Of a stretch of 54,666 bases of DNA, positions 18,478 through 27,968 are shown piece after piece (within the stretch, counting starts at the first letter, position 1; each line of letters begins with the position of its first letter). Position numbers and translations under genes: made by a program. This DNA is from a virus (taxonomy: Duplodnaviria > Caudoviricetes). The stretch spans positions 1-54,666 of IMG/VR virus record IMGVR_UViG_3300017963_000316; one strand, written 5' to 3'. The notes beneath the pieces were generated by a model. The model did no database searches. It worked only from the letters and a program-made list of their open reading frames with translations, and was not told the DNA's origin.

Positions 18478-18768
18478 ATGAAAGTAAGACTAGGATTTGT
18501 TAGCAATAGTAGTTCCTGTAGCTTCTGTATCTACGGCATTTGGGTTGACCATCCAGATGAAGAACTACGAGACAAAGCAGAGGAATTAAGACTATTCTGC
18601 CACCGTGACCAGTACGGTGATGGACTCTATATTGGTAGAGAGTGGTCAAGCATAGGGGATGAGGAAACTGGTAGAATGTTCAGGGAAGATACCGAGAAAA
18701 AGATAGAACAACTTCCAATAGAAGATAAACATTGTTCAACACATGAGGAAGGATGGTTTGACGGATGA
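18478..18768 (+). CDS. GFVSNSSS-motif family protein 8
   Basis: GGAGG RBS; MKVRLGFVSNSSSCSF. Confidence 0.8.
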   Translation: MKVRLGFVSNSSSCSFCIYGIWVDHPDEELRDKAEELRLFCHRDQYGDGLYIGREWSSIGDEETGRMFREDTEKKIEQLPIEDKHCSTHEEGWFDG

Positions 18769-19175
18769 AGATACGAAAAGGATTTATCAGCAACAGTAGC
18801 TCAACTTCTTTTATCTGTGATGCCTGTGGAGAAACTGTGTCTGGATGGGACGTAGGTTTGGAAGAAGCGGAAATGTATGAGTGTGAGAATGGTCATACTT
18901 TCTGTAAAGACCACGCCATTGATGGAGAAGAACTTGAGGAATACTTGAGCAACTTGGCAGAGAATGAGGAAGATGAGGATACTGAGGATTACTATGATGC
19001 AATCTACGCAATAAAGGCAAAGTATTGTCCATGTTGCACCTTTAATATGGTCAGTAATTATGACCTCATTGACTATCTCTTAAAGAAAGCAGGGATGGAC
19101 AAGGAAGCTGTCGCAAAAGAAATGCAAGGAACGTTTGCAAATTTCGGTGCATTTCGAGAATATTTGAAAGGATAG
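18765..19175 (+). CDS. GFVSNSSS-motif family protein 9 with Zn-binding Cys residues
   Basis: MKIRKGFISNSSSTSFICDACG. Confidence 0.8.
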   Translation: MKIRKGFISNSSSTSFICDACGETVSGWDVGLEEAEMYECENGHTFCKDHAIDGEELEEYLSNLAENEEDEDTEDYYDAIYAIKAKYCPCCTFNMVSNYDLIDYLLKKAGMDKEAVAKEMQGTFANFGAFREYLKG

Positions 19176-19179
19176 AAAG

Positions 19180-19395
19180 ATGGCAGAAGACAAAAAGGTT
19201 GTTATTAATGGTGGACCTGGCATCGGATTAGCGGGAATACTTACAATCATATTTGTCATTATGAAGTGTTTGGGGCATCTATCTTGGTCATGGTTATGGG
19301 TGTTTGCTCCGCTATGGATTAGTGCTGGTATAGGTATCGCAATCCTGATTGTTGTCGGGTTAGTTATACTTGGGGTTTATCTAGCCAATAAATAG
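19180..19395 (+). CDS. small two-helix membrane protein
   Basis: LTIIFVIMK...WSWLWVFAPLWI hydrophobic pattern. Confidence 0.75.
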   Translation: MAEDKKVVINGGPGIGLAGILTIIFVIMKCLGHLSWSWLWVFAPLWISAGIGIAILIVVGLVILGVYLANK

Positions 19396-19426
19396 GCTTG
19401 ACTTACCAAATGGCATATGGTATAAT
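19395..19426 (+). promoter_or_regulatory. sigma70-type promoter with extended -10
   Basis: GGCTTGACT TACCAAATGGCATA TGG TATAAT. Confidence 0.85.
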
Positions 19427-19434
19427 GAGGTATC

Positions 19435-19647
19435 ATGGGTAAGTTAGAATTTAAGTGGAATGGGGAAGAACTTATTGTAAAGCAATGTGACAAGATGAAA
19501 ACTTCCCCACACGAATGCGAAACTTGCAACAGTCGGTTCGTGTGCTTTACTGTGCGTATCAAACCTGATGATACAAAGGTTTCGTCAAAAGATACTCCAC
19601 GACTAAGTGACATCATGAAAGCAGTTGAAAGAATTGGTGCAGATTAG
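19435..19647 (+). CDS. hypothetical protein with Cys module
   Basis: ECETCNSRFVCFT. Confidence 0.7.
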   Translation: MGKLEFKWNGEELIVKQCDKMKTSPHECETCNSRFVCFTVRIKPDDTKVSSKDTPRLSDIMKAVERIGAD

Positions 19648-20005
19648 TAGTAACACAATGTTTATGTTTGCAGAGCTTGATTACGAATGTGCAATAAAAG
19701 ATGAACAAAAGTGTGAAGTATGTGATGATAGGTTCAGATGTTGGACAAGTCGTGGTGTTAATCTACAGATATTACACTTCTCCATGACAAAAAACGTAAA
19801 CAGTATGAGAGACGAATTTGAACTTGAGTCAGAGTTACCTAATTGTTTTCGTGCTGGTAATATGGTAGGAAGTAAGATTAGGGTGCATGTAGAACAGAAC
19901 AATGTAATACAAGTATTAAATGGTATCGTTACTGCTCAGACCATAATGGCAGATAACGCTAACCAAATGAAAATAATATTGAAAGGTATGGGAGTAATTT
20001 TTTAG
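19625..20005 (+). CDS. hypothetical protein with Cys module
   Basis: CAIKDEQKCEVCDDRFRCWTS. Confidence 0.7.
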   Translation: MKELVQISSNTMFMFAELDYECAIKDEQKCEVCDDRFRCWTSRGVNLQILHFSMTKNVNSMRDEFELESELPNCFRAGNMVGSKIRVHVEQNNVIQVLNGIVTAQTIMADNANQMKIILKGMGVIF

Positions 20006-20014
20006 GAGAACAAA

Positions 20015-20365
20015 ATGAAAGACAAGGCAATCTATTACGTGGATGGACAAACTACAGTTTGTTTGCTTCAAGAGGATGGTGATATTGTAGCAAGAGGAAT
20101 CTCTGTATGCTCAAGACTGGACGAGTTTGACAAAGTAGAGGGAAGAACTCGTGCTAGAAATCGTGCTCTCGAAGCTAGAGGACGGCAGAGAGATTGTGGT
20201 GAGATTTTACTAGATGTGCCAAGAAGCACATGGTTTGATGTGGTTCATCTGTCTCTTGCACGTGACCGTTTTGGTGAGTATAAGGGGTATTATTATCCTA
20301 CACTGACACCAACGGAGAGATTAGTTCTTGGATTAAAGAATGGAAATAATTCAAATTCTGCCTGA
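20015..20365 (+). CDS. hypothetical phage protein
   Basis: AGGAG RBS; TTVCLL...GISVCS..DEFDKVEGR..AR.RA. Confidence 0.75.
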   Translation: MKDKAIYYVDGQTTVCLLQEDGDIVARGISVCSRLDEFDKVEGRTRARNRALEARGRQRDCGEILLDVPRSTWFDVVHLSLARDRFGEYKGYYYPTLTPTERLVLGLKNGNNSNSA

Positions 20366-20621
20366 ACTTTACAGATATAAAGACTGTAAATGCTCTGAAT
20401 GTACCTTTCGTTTCGGTTGTTGGACTTCTCAGAGCACGTGTTGTCCTTTGAAAGCAGTTAGGGTGGTTGAGAAAACAATTGGAGACAACCATCTATTCAT
20501 GCGATGCAAGGGGGCGGAGATTTCCATAAACAATAACTTGGGTAAATTTGACAATTCGCTTCTTGCAAAGATTGGACAACTTCTATTAGAGGAATGGTAT
20601 GAGAGTCAGCAAAAAAGTTAA
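20340..20621 (+). CDS. hypothetical protein with Cys module
   Basis: KCSECTFRFGCWTS. Confidence 0.65.
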   Translation: MEIIQILPELYRYKDCKCSECTFRFGCWTSQSTCCPLKAVRVVEKTIGDNHLFMRCKGAEISINNNLGKFDNSLLAKIGQLLLEEWYESQQKS

Positions 20622-21060
20622 AAGGGCGATGGAGAAGGCTAAAAAGGAAGTCATAAAGAACGCCGAAAAACCGAAGAAGAAGAAAAAGAGGGTAATAAAA
20701 AAAGTTGATACTGCTACAGAAACAAGAAGTCCATCGGGCAAATGGATTAAGGATGAGTGGGGAAATCAGGGAGAAGTATTCTTTGATGGTTATAGATATT
20801 GGGGAGTATTCCTTGAACCAAGTAAAACACCAGGTGTAATGAATGCAGTATCAAGGTATTGGAGTCCTGAAAAATGGGAAGAACGAAAGAAACCACAGAA
20901 TGCCGCACCGAAATCAGAGACTTTGGAGACAGAGCAACAATTGTCCTCTATACCGAAGACAACCTCATCTACCAAACACTCAAGGACAAAGCCCAAAAAG
21001 AAGTCCCCTACGAAGTCTGGAAAAATGCTGACCCAAGGAAAGCAAGTAAAGTGGCAGTAG
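20599..21060 (+). CDS. basic hypothetical protein
   Basis: GAGG RBS; Lys-rich; 3' part overlaps the next ORF. Confidence 0.6.
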   Translation: MRVSKKVKRAMEKAKKEVIKNAEKPKKKKKRVIKKVDTATETRSPSGKWIKDEWGNQGEVFFDGYRYWGVFLEPSKTPGVMNAVSRYWSPEKWEERKKPQNAAPKSETLETEQQLSSIPKTTSSTKHSRTKPKKKSPTKSGKMLTQGKQVKWQ

Positions 21061-21179
21061 ACTTGTATTTCCCCAAGACCTCAATAAAAGCTGTAAAAGC
21101 GGTATTAGAACAGCTTCAAAAATCGGGTCAAAATGCCGTCAAATCGAAATCCTGCCAAAGAATGTTAAAGGCTATATAA
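20874..21179 (+). CDS. hypothetical protein (overlapping frame)
   Basis: GGAG upstream; globular-looking sequence; stop 6 nt before the next gene. Confidence 0.55.
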   Translation: MGRTKETTECRTEIRDFGDRATIVLYTEDNLIYQTLKDKAQKEVPYEVWKNADPRKASKVAVDLYFPKTSIKAVKAVLEQLQKSGQNAVKSKSCQRMLKAI

Positions 21180-21185
21180 AGTATC

Positions 21186-21407
21186 ATGTTAGACCTTAAC
21201 CAAGAAATATGGAGCGAGGAACGACTTCTTGAACTACTGAAAGTAGACAAGAGTGTGTTGTCTCGTCTTATAAGAGATGATGGGTTTCCTGTCATACGAC
21301 TAGGAAATAGGCGTGCGTTCTTAGCTGAAAGTGTGCTCAAATGGATGAAAGAACGAGAGTCTATTGGTAAGTGGGAAGGTAGAGGCAGGAAAGCAAAAAA
21401 TGTTTAA
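21186..21407 (+). CDS. excisionase/HTH_17-like DNA-binding protein
   Basis: ELLKVDKSVLSRLIRDDGFPVIRLGNRRAFLAESVLKWM. Confidence 0.75.
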   Translation: MLDLNQEIWSEERLLELLKVDKSVLSRLIRDDGFPVIRLGNRRAFLAESVLKWMKERESIGKWEGRGRKAKNV

Positions 21408-21719
21408 TTGGAACATATGGGTGTTAGAGGAAGAAGTTATCAAACGAACATCTAAAGAGTATCTAAGCACCTTAAAGGTTTTGTATCCATTTTATGACGA
21501 ATATATTGAGGAATTACAGAAGCACTTAATATTACCTGTGAAGGAGTAATAAGATGCCAACTGGAAAAGAAATGTGTGAAACGATTGTTAAAGCGTTGAA
21601 ACTTGACAATCCCGATACACCAGTAACACCAGAAAGTATTTGGAATGCTTCGGAGACTGGTGAACTATCTCATGTATTCATCCTTTATGATTGGGCAAAG
21701 GAAAGGTTGGAGGAACAAA

Positions 21720-21953
21720 ATGATTAAAGTTTATGTCTACTTCGTTAACGGCAACGTTGATGTTTATGAAGTAGAAAATGAATGGAAAGCTCGTGAACAT
21801 GCGGAGAAGATATTCAACACTGGTTACAGGATGAGAGTGGGTAACCGCATGGAGTGGTTTGGTGCTCACTTCATAGATAAGATTTGTTGGGATGCTCCTA
21901 ACGAAGATTATTTGTCTGCAAAGTATGAAGGTGGCACTCAGAAAAAGAAATGA
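21720..21953 (+). CDS. hypothetical protein
   Basis: GGAGG RBS before MIKVYV. Confidence 0.65.
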   Translation: MIKVYVYFVNGNVDVYEVENEWKAREHAEKIFNTGYRMRVGNRMEWFGAHFIDKICWDAPNEDYLSAKYEGGTQKKK

Positions 21954-22471
21954 TGAAACTACCAACGAAAGTCAGGGCATATGGTTGGTATTGTCCACAT
22001 TGCAAAGAGCACAAAAACATAGAACAGGTCAATGTGGTCAAGGTAACTAAAAACAGATACATGACTATGATATGTGCTGACTGCAACTTCGAGGTTGTGG
22101 ACTGCTTCCTAGTAAAGACCGCCAATAAATCTTGCGATGACTGTCCAGATAGGTTTAGGTGCTTTACTAGGTCTGATGCTGTTATAGAAAAGATGTTACT
22201 AAATGTAAAGACACACGAAATCTCAAGTGTTCCTAATGTAGTAGACCCTAGAAACATTGAGGGTGTCAGGTCTTACACAGGCATCTATAATTATAGGTTA
22301 GAAGATGATGATAACTTTTGTGCATATCCAGAAAGAGAAGATTGTAACCATAGCTGGATGCGTCAGAACTATGATGGAGAACCTTATAAAAGGTGTCATT
22401 ACATGAAGTACCACATTCAAGACAAAATATGGTATTGTTATTATGGAAAAAGTAAAAGGGGTGAAATATAA
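21950..22471 (+). CDS. Zn-ribbon protein with Cys module
   Basis: CPHC...CADC; SCDDCPDRFRCFTR. Confidence 0.7.
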   Translation: MMKLPTKVRAYGWYCPHCKEHKNIEQVNVVKVTKNRYMTMICADCNFEVVDCFLVKTANKSCDDCPDRFRCFTRSDAVIEKMLLNVKTHEISSVPNVVDPRNIEGVRSYTGIYNYRLEDDDNFCAYPEREDCNHSWMRQNYDGEPYKRCHYMKYHIQDKIWYCYYGKSKRGEI

Positions 22472-22812
22472 TGGGTGACAGAGCAATGGCAGAAATAATT
22501 ACAGAAGATGGTAGCTTGTATGTCTACTCTCATTGGGGTGGATTTGAGCTTCCAGACAATGCGAAACAAGCAATTATGGCGGCACAGGACAGGTGGGATG
22601 ATGAGTCTTATGCTACTCGCATTATCGTAGACCAGTTGACAAAAGGTGGACGTGACCAAGAAACAGGTTATGGTCTGATGCTAAAACCTAATGCCGAGGA
22701 TGAGTATAATAATGATAACCCATCCGTTATTATTGACTTGGTACAAAAACGATTATCTGTTTTCAGGGATGGTGACGAGGAACATATAAACTTCCTAGAT
22801 ATTGAGGGGTAA
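22471..22812 (+). CDS. conserved phage hypothetical protein (MGDRA...YSHWGG type)
   Basis: N-terminus resembles ORF 10091. Confidence 0.75.
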   Translation: MGDRAMAEIITEDGSLYVYSHWGGFELPDNAKQAIMAAQDRWDDESYATRIIVDQLTKGGRDQETGYGLMLKPNAEDEYNNDNPSVIIDLVQKRLSVFRDGDEEHINFLDIEG

Positions 22813-22813
22813 G

Positions 22814-23032
22814 ATGAAATTAGAAAAATTTGATAGCACAAGTACCACAGGGAGAGTTCCTCTAGTACGTGGTGATAGCACCAATGGTGAAACATTTGTT
22901 GTTTCGGTTCTTTCCGATGGCACTGGAATTGTGATGGAATTCGAGGACGAAGAAGCCTATCTCTTAAAAATAGATGAACTAATCCTAGAACTGCTGAAAG
23001 GGAGAGAAAATGCAAAACGACTGGCAACTTAG
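22814..23032 (+). CDS. hypothetical protein
   Basis: GAGG RBS; in the operon flow. Confidence 0.6.
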   Translation: MKLEKFDSTSTTGRVPLVRGDSTNGETFVVSVLSDGTGIVMEFEDEEAYLLKIDELILELLKGRENAKRLAT

Positions 23033-23654
23033 AGGATTTCCTTTAATGAAGGATATTATCCCCGAAGGTACGTCTGGTAACTATGCAATTGAACATTATG
23101 ATATTCCCGAAGATAAAGCACGACTCGCAATAACAATGGCTACATACAATCGTGATTATCTTGGTAGAGAAATATTTGCAGGTGAATTTTGCAAGTTGAC
23201 ATATAATGGTCATATAATAATGTCGGATTCTGGTGGAGAACGATACTCCAATACAGAGATTGTGAGAGAAGCACATGGCAATATGTTAATTGCTGGATTA
23301 GGACTCGGAATGGTTCTCTGTAGTATTCTTCCTAAACCAGAAGTAGAGAGTGTAACTGTAGTAGAAATATCACATGACGTTTGCAAACTTGTCCTTCCAC
23401 ATTTGACTAAGTATCTCGGTGACCACATAGTAAAGCTTAGAGTTGATGAAGATGATATTTACCAGTATACACCAGACCGTAAATACAACGTAATATACTT
23501 CGATATTTGGGGTGACTATTCTGGTGATGAATACGAGGAAACAAAGAAATTACACAGACGTTACCAGAAATATCTTGATAGGTCAGACCACCCCTATATG
23601 AATAGTTGGATGCGGTGGCACATGAAAGAACTCCATTTCGGCGACAGATATTAG
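23010..23654 (+). CDS. class I SAM-dependent methyltransferase (spermidine-synthase-like fold)
   Basis: MLIAGLGLG, VTVVEIS, YNVIYFDIW. Confidence 0.8.
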   Translation: MQNDWQLRGFPLMKDIIPEGTSGNYAIEHYDIPEDKARLAITMATYNRDYLGREIFAGEFCKLTYNGHIIMSDSGGERYSNTEIVREAHGNMLIAGLGLGMVLCSILPKPEVESVTVVEISHDVCKLVLPHLTKYLGDHIVKLRVDEDDIYQYTPDRKYNVIYFDIWGDYSGDEYEETKKLHRRYQKYLDRSDHPYMNSWMRWHMKELHFGDRY

Positions 23655-23685
23655 GCTTGACTTATTTCTTGGCATATGGTATAAT
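23654..23685 (+). promoter_or_regulatory. sigma70-type promoter with extended -10
   Basis: GGCTTGACT TATTTCTTGGCATA TGG TATAAT. Confidence 0.85.
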
Positions 23686-23695
23686 GTATAAGACA

Positions 23696-24118
23696 GTGGA
23701 TAGTCCAGAGGAATTGAAAAAGGTCATTGAGTTCATTGACAAGATGAAAAAGTTCGTTGACCGTTATGGTGAGTGGTTACAGAACTATCCATCATTTATG
23801 AATCACCACGACCATTTAGATGTGTCTATGAACATGTTGTCAAAGACTGTCTGGTATATTGAACAACACGTGAACCAACACTTCCACTGTGATACATGCG
23901 GCAGAAGCTTCAAGTTTGTTGACATGAATAGGTATGTATTAAGATGTAGATGTGGTGGTGAATTGTGGTTGTGTACATACAGAGAACCATCAGATAGATG
24001 CGACACGTGTCCTGAGAGATTTAAGTGTCTTACAGACAGAGTTGATGAAAAATTGGTTAGTCATAATCTGCATGATTTGGAAGAAATGGATAATTATAAA
24101 GTAATAGCGGAGTATTAA
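23696..24118 (+). CDS. Zn-ribbon protein with Cys module
   Basis: CDTCG...CRCGG; RCDTCPERFKCLTD; start placed at the first GTG after the promoter. Confidence 0.65.
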   Translation: MDSPEELKKVIEFIDKMKKFVDRYGEWLQNYPSFMNHHDHLDVSMNMLSKTVWYIEQHVNQHFHCDTCGRSFKFVDMNRYVLRCRCGGELWLCTYREPSDRCDTCPERFKCLTDRVDEKLVSHNLHDLEEMDNYKVIAEY

Positions 24119-24373
24119 ATGAGTTTTTCAGAAGTAGATAAGAAATATGACAAAAAGAGCAAAGCATTTGAACTTTTGGACATTCTTGCAGAGGTTCAAA
24201 AGAATAAGTTTTCTACAGTAAGAGTTGCTAAGGTAAAATGTTGGGGGGCAGAGTTTATACAGCTACAGGTCTGGAAAGAAGAGAACGACAAGAAGTTTGC
24301 CGCAAAGGGTCAGAATATCATAATTAAACCAGAGGTCGCAAACCAAATAGGAAAGATTTTATTAGACGTATGA
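24119..24373 (+). CDS. PC4/p15-like ssDNA-binding protein (possible)
   Basis: VRVAKVKCWGAEFIQLQVW...KGQNI beta pattern. Confidence 0.5.
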   Translation: MSFSEVDKKYDKKSKAFELLDILAEVQKNKFSTVRVAKVKCWGAEFIQLQVWKEENDKKFAAKGQNIIIKPEVANQIGKILLDV

Positions 24374-24672
24374 TTTGTTATAAGGCTGTTGATAATGATT
24401 TGTTGTCTCTAGGGTTAAAGCGGTGTACTCCTATTCAATATCGTATAGGAGAGTGGGTATACCCTAGAGAAGAACCACAAGAAGGACAATATACGCCAGG
24501 TGGTCTGTGGGTCGGTAAGCATACTGCGTTTATTCGGTGGTTAGATAAGTATTTGGCTGAGAAGTATGACCGACCCATGCTTGTTTATTCTTGTGAAATC
24601 GGAGAGGTTCTTTGGGAGTCAGTGAACAGAATAAAAACTGACAGGGTAAAATTGTTGGAGCTAGTGTGTTGA
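24370..24672 (+). CDS. hypothetical protein
   Basis: Coupled ORF: YKAV...YRIGEW...GGLW. Confidence 0.65.
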   Translation: MICYKAVDNDLLSLGLKRCTPIQYRIGEWVYPREEPQEGQYTPGGLWVGKHTAFIRWLDKYLAEKYDRPMLVYSCEIGEVLWESVNRIKTDRVKLLELVC

Positions 24673-25124
24673 GGTTACCTAAACTACAACTTGATATGAT
24701 TAAAGATGATACTCAGATAAAGCTATATGATGGTATTATCACTGGTAGAATACGAAGTAGTGAACCTACTATTCAGGAAATACCAAGAGGTAGTTTTCGT
24801 GACTACATGATAGATAAAACCTCCCCCGAATGGAAGTTTGAGCAATGTAGGATAAAAGAGAGAAACGTTGATTTTAGATATTGTGGTAAGTGTGACCAAA
24901 GATTCCAATGCTGGACTGCTGGTAAACCACAACCAAAACTTATTTTTGAAGATACTCATATAGGGTTGCAGAGGTTACAGCAAGCTGTATCTGCACAAAT
25001 GTTTACAATAGATGAAGCATCGGAAGCTTTTAAGAATTTAAGTGACGTATTAGTAAAGAGGTTAAATGAAACTTTGGAACAAAATATTCAAAGTCATTAT
25101 GAGGTATCCAGAGAATCATGGTGA
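24666..25124 (+). CDS. hypothetical protein with Cys module
   Basis: YCGKCDQRFQCWTA. Confidence 0.7.
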   Translation: MLRLPKLQLDMIKDDTQIKLYDGIITGRIRSSEPTIQEIPRGSFRDYMIDKTSPEWKFEQCRIKERNVDFRYCGKCDQRFQCWTAGKPQPKLIFEDTHIGLQRLQQAVSAQMFTIDEASEAFKNLSDVLVKRLNETLEQNIQSHYEVSRESW

Positions 25125-25512
25125 GTTGCTCAAGGATGGTGAAGAACCCCAAAAACCTGACTCTTTGGTATGTCCGAATTGTGGCAGTAATCAATGGTAC
25201 GAAGGTCCGAGTGGTGGAATGTCAACAAACATAAAATGTGCTAATCCTGACTGTGGACTATGGTTCAATAGCACGCCATTTGGTTTAGATTTTATTGGCA
25301 TAAAAGAGAATGTAGGAGAAGAAAAATTTATACGGTGGTATTGTCCAGAGTGTGATGATATTCGAGACTTTGCACTGGAATATGGGACTTACCCACATTG
25401 TCCATTTTGCAAGACACCACTTAAAGTATGCTGGTCACATAACATACCGCAAAAAATCTGTGACGCATGTCCTGAAAGGTTTAAGTGTTATACAACAAGA
25501 GGTAATTTTTAA
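25099..25512 (+). CDS. multi-Zn-ribbon protein with C-terminal Cys module
   Basis: CPNC, CPEC, CPFC; ICDACPERFKCYTT. Confidence 0.7.
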   Translation: MRYPENHGELLKDGEEPQKPDSLVCPNCGSNQWYEGPSGGMSTNIKCANPDCGLWFNSTPFGLDFIGIKENVGEEKFIRWYCPECDDIRDFALEYGTYPHCPFCKTPLKVCWSHNIPQKICDACPERFKCYTTRGNF

Positions 25513-26141
25513 TGTTTGGTAAGAAAAAGAAAGAACCTGTTAAAGAACCTGTTGTTGTCACATCCGAACTTACACCTAATGAGTGTGACAGGGGTATTGA
25601 ATGTGATAAATGTCCAGAAAGATTTAGATGTTGGACTGAGAGGACAACAAAGTACCAACCAGAAATATTAAAGTTGAAAGAGGAACTTACTCTAATAGAG
25701 GAAGAACTAACTATAGATAACCTAAAACCCCGAATTAACGCTCTCAATGATAGGAAAACTGCTATATATGATAGGTTGGATAGGTTGGATAAGATCAACA
25801 CCATCGTTGGAACTCTAGGTAGTATGGAACAAGTAGACCCACCTGGAGGTTGGCATGCTGGAATGATTTCAAGTTGCTCAACTAGCGGTATAGTAGACAA
25901 AAAAGTAGGTCATGCACCTGATAGCTACCGTTTCATAGCAAGAGTACCAAAAAATGTTATTGACATACACAATAACTTAATCCAGAATTTTAGCGAAGGT
26001 AACATAGTAGTATGGTGTAATACTAAAGAAGTGTATAAAAAATGGAATGCTAAAAATTTTGAGGCTAAATTATTCCTTTTGTATAATAATCATTGGTATC
26101 ATTTAGTCAGTTGGAATGGTGAAAAAGATGAACCACTATGA
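25512..26141 (+). CDS. coiled-coil protein with N-terminal Cys module
   Basis: CDRGIECDKCPERFRCWTER. Confidence 0.7.
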   Translation: MFGKKKKEPVKEPVVVTSELTPNECDRGIECDKCPERFRCWTERTTKYQPEILKLKEELTLIEEELTIDNLKPRINALNDRKTAIYDRLDRLDKINTIVGTLGSMEQVDPPGGWHAGMISSCSTSGIVDKKVGHAPDSYRFIARVPKNVIDIHNNLIQNFSEGNIVVWCNTKEVYKKWNAKNFEAKLFLLYNNHWYHLVSWNGEKDEPL

Positions 26142-27441
26142 TGTGGCAATAGTCGGAGCTGGACCTGCTGGTATGGCAGTAGCCAAAACTCTCGACCCAA
26201 GATTAAAGTTTATCTTGGTAGATAAAGGTTTGGGAATAAAAGAACGCACCTCAATCACCTCTGGTTTCGGAGGTGCAGGATTGTTCTCAGATGGTAAGCT
26301 TATAATGTCAGATGTGGTTGGTGGGAATATAAAGAACTACACTACCAAACCATATTATTATCTAGAACAAGCGGCTTATATGTTCGGTGTCACAGGAGCA
26401 CCGTATACCAAGGTGTACTTGGATGATAAGAAACAGAAACTTGCTGACGAAGCGTCAAAGGTTGGATTAGAACTCATAGCTACTAACACCATCCATCTTG
26501 GAACGGATGGTTGCAAAACAGTAACAGAGAGAATCTATGAGGAACTAAAACCAGTATGTGAAATTTTGGTGGATAATCCAGTGTCCAACATACTGTATCC
26601 AACAGAGGATGAGGAATTTTATCTTGAGGCAAAGAAATTCCCTATCTACTGTAAATATTTGGTATTAGCTCCAGGTCGTGAAGGAGCTAAATGGCTAAGC
26701 GAAGTCTTAACAAATATGAACGTAAAGGTGAGTGGTAACAAAGTAGACTTAGGTTTGCGAATGGAAGTTCCAAATGCGGTTGCAAAGGAATTAGTGGAGT
26801 TTGCTCACGACTTCAAAGCACATTATCATACTAAAGCATTTGATGACTTGGTTAGAACTTTCTGCACCTGTCCTAGCGGGCAAGTGGTCAGAGAGCAGTT
26901 CGATGACCTGACGACATGCAATGGACACAGTTTTTCACAAGGTAGAACAGACTATACTAACTTTGCTATACTTGTTAGCATCCCGTTTGGTGACCCTATC
27001 AATCCAAATGAATATGGTAGGTCAATCGTTTCTTTGGCTAACAACATTGCAAAGGGTGGAGTGGTTGTTCAGAGATTGGGCGACTTGTTGGTTGGTAGAC
27101 GGTCAACAGCGAGTAGGATAGCAAAAAGTGTAGTAAAACCAACACTAGACGCATTTCCTGGCGACTTGTCTTTGGTGCTACCATATAGATATTTAAGTGA
27201 TATTGTTGAAATGATTGAAAAACTGGACAACATAGCACCTGGGATGATGGCAGGTGGTAATTTACTTTATGGTGTAGAAGCCAAATTCTACTCCAATGTG
27301 ATAGAGTTAAAGAATATGGAGACATCTGTCCCCAATTTATTCTGTGCAGGTGATGGAAGTGGAGTTTCCAGAGGGATAGTCCAAGCAGTTGCAAGTGGCA
27401 TCATTGCTGGTGATGCTATAAACAAAAAGGCTGGTGCTTAA
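26128..27441 (+). CDS. FAD-dependent oxidoreductase (uncharacterised FAD dehydrogenase family)
   Basis: YDVAIVGAGPAG, GFGGAGLFSDGK, RTFCTCP, NGHS, GDGSGVSRG. Confidence 0.88.
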   Translation: MNHYDVAIVGAGPAGMAVAKTLDPRLKFILVDKGLGIKERTSITSGFGGAGLFSDGKLIMSDVVGGNIKNYTTKPYYYLEQAAYMFGVTGAPYTKVYLDDKKQKLADEASKVGLELIATNTIHLGTDGCKTVTERIYEELKPVCEILVDNPVSNILYPTEDEEFYLEAKKFPIYCKYLVLAPGREGAKWLSEVLTNMNVKVSGNKVDLGLRMEVPNAVAKELVEFAHDFKAHYHTKAFDDLVRTFCTCPSGQVVREQFDDLTTCNGHSFSQGRTDYTNFAILVSIPFGDPINPNEYGRSIVSLANNIAKGGVVVQRLGDLLVGRRSTASRIAKSVVKPTLDAFPGDLSLVLPYRYLSDIVEMIEKLDNIAPGMMAGGNLLYGVEAKFYSNVIELKNMETSVPNLFCAGDGSGVSRGIVQAVASGIIAGDAINKKAGA

Positions 27442-27968
27442 TGGTTAAGAAGAAGCCAACAGATAACAATATAAATACGAAAAAAATTGAGGATATGCTT
27501 AAAGCATTGGAAGCGGCAGGCATTCCTTGGCAACAAACTACAGTACCAAACAAGCAAAAGAATCCTCCAGTTTTTATTCCTACGGTGTGGACAGTTCCGC
27601 CCAAACAACCTGGATTCCCATATTCACCAGTTAGTGAGGATTGGGAAAAGCGGATGGAAGACCAGCAAACAGTGGCATTTATGCAGGAGTGTCGTGAACG
27701 TACTGCTGACATGAAGGATGATGAGAAGTGTGCAAGATGTAAACTTCGGTTCAGATGCTATACAGAAATCAAGGTTGAGAAGAAACGTAAGACTAAGACT
27801 AGGAAACCAAGAAAGTTAGGTACTCAACCAGTAAAAAGAATAAACACGGTGCTTTATAGTCAATCAATCACTCCACCAATCATGGATGGAAATACTGACT
27901 TTGACTGGATGAAGGTAATAAAAGATGTTGCGGAAAATACCAGACCCGATACTGAGAAAGAAGTCTAA
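27441..27968 (+). CDS. hypothetical protein with Cys module
   Basis: KCARCKLRFRCYTE. Confidence 0.65.
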   Translation: MVKKKPTDNNINTKKIEDMLKALEAAGIPWQQTTVPNKQKNPPVFIPTVWTVPPKQPGFPYSPVSEDWEKRMEDQQTVAFMQECRERTADMKDDEKCARCKLRFRCYTEIKVEKKRKTKTRKPRKLGTQPVKRINTVLYSQSITPPIMDGNTDFDWMKVIKDVAENTRPDTEKEV

